Below are positions 63,361-64,000 of a stretch of 64,000 nt of DNA, piece by piece (the first letter of the stretch is position 1; every line of letters begins with the position of its first letter). Location: assembly GCA_016936735.1 (NCBI GenBank), contig JAFGXH010000321.1, positions 7,221-71,220 on the forward strand, read 5' to 3'. The position numbers and the translations under genes are program-made. The DNA comes from a bacterium (GTDB lineage Bacteria; UBP6; JAFGXH01). Below the pieces are notes generated by a model. It searched no databases, was not told the origin of the DNA, and was given only the letters and a program-made list of their open reading frames with translations.

Positions 63361-64000
63361 TGAAAATTATACCAAAAATTATAGCAATGATTGTACTAAT
63401 ATTACAACTATCAGGTTGTGCTGGTGATAAAATTATACAGGTTAAAGAGGCTGATAGAGTAAAAGATATTGAGAGTTTTTTTCAGATAATCTCAAAAAAA
63501 AGGGAAAATACTCCAAGAATTATTGCAGAAGCTGGTGTAGATACATTTCAAAAAGGGGAGAGAGTAAGAGGTGTTTTTATGCTTATGACAGAGAGACCCT
63601 ACTCTTTTAGATTAGATACAATATCTCCTTTTGAACAACCAATATCAACATTAATTATAAAAGATAAGGATATAAATTTTTATGAATTTGAAAAAAATAG
63701 ATGCTATTTTGGAGAAACAACAAGAGAGAATTTAAACAGATTTCTTCCAATGGAGTTAACATTACCACAATTAATAGATCTTTTTAGTGGAATTGCACCA
63801 ATGATAGTTTATGAAAATTACCAGTTTGAATATGATGAAAAAGAGGCTTTATATAAAATAACACTTATCAATGGTGAGCAAAAAGAGATTATTAGCTATA
63901 TTGCAGCAACTTTTCAAATAAAAAAATTAGCACTCTATAACAAAAATAAAAAAATATTAAATATCTCTTTTGATGAGTTTAACTCAAAATATGCAAAAAA
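63361..64000 (+). CDS. Lipoprotein, 3' partial (LolB/DUF4292-like fold is a guess). It runs off the window end.
   Basis: It starts ATG MKIIPKIIAMIVLILQLSGCAGDK, a lipobox. The frame stays open to position 64000. It is not in the ORF track because no stop is reached. Confidence 0.45.

Noticed and set aside
1-64000. tRNA/rRNA genes and mobile elements
   Set aside because: In this AT-rich sequence tRNAs would stand out as ~75-nt GC-rich islands with GTTCGA-type T-loops. I found none in any intergenic spacer. I saw no transposase, integrase, recombinase or phage-like ORFs and no terminal inverted repeats typical of IS elements.

Overview
This is a 64 kb, visibly AT-rich (about 30% G+C by eye) chromosomal segment from a flagellated diderm (Gram-negative-type) bacterium. 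The taxon is not resolved. Most of the window is core genome.

Core informational genes:
- The conserved nusG-rplK-rplA-rplJ-rplL-rpoB-rpoC block sits on the minus strand. The rpoB (1611 aa) and rpoC (1666 aa) products are unusually long. There is an rplL-rpoB attenuator hairpin and an intrinsic terminator after rpoC.
- rplU-rpmA-obg.
- A yqeY-dnaG-rpoD operon.
- Also rtcB, ispH, ygiQ, a WbaP-type sugar transferase, capA, a DinG-like helicase and an M20 peptidase.

Three flagellar loci:
- fliD-fliS, where FliD is a giant 1118 aa protein, preceded by DUF4388 and TPR genes.
- A large TPR protein followed by flgB-flgC.
- flgF-flgG-flgA-flgH behind a good sigma-54 (-24/-12) promoter match.

There is also a PilZ / FHA-sigma54-activator operon and a hybrid sensor kinase with a periplasmic solute-binding domain.

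The unusual items worth a second look:
- A 16-copy, 21-bp perfect-phase tandem array, bracketed by a 13-bp inverted repeat, in the rtcB/ispH divergent intergenic region.
- A fusion of a cation-diffusion-facilitator transmembrane domain to an SPFH/band-7 domain, translationally coupled to a Rossmann/DUF2520 gene.
- A 982-aa protein with a zinc ribbon, a P-loop NTPase and TPR repeats (STAND-like).
- A 671-aa extremely Cys-rich lipoprotein with EGF-like internal repeats.
- Tandem outer-membrane-protein paralogs at the window start.

I found no tRNA or rRNA genes, transposases, integrases or CRISPR arrays.
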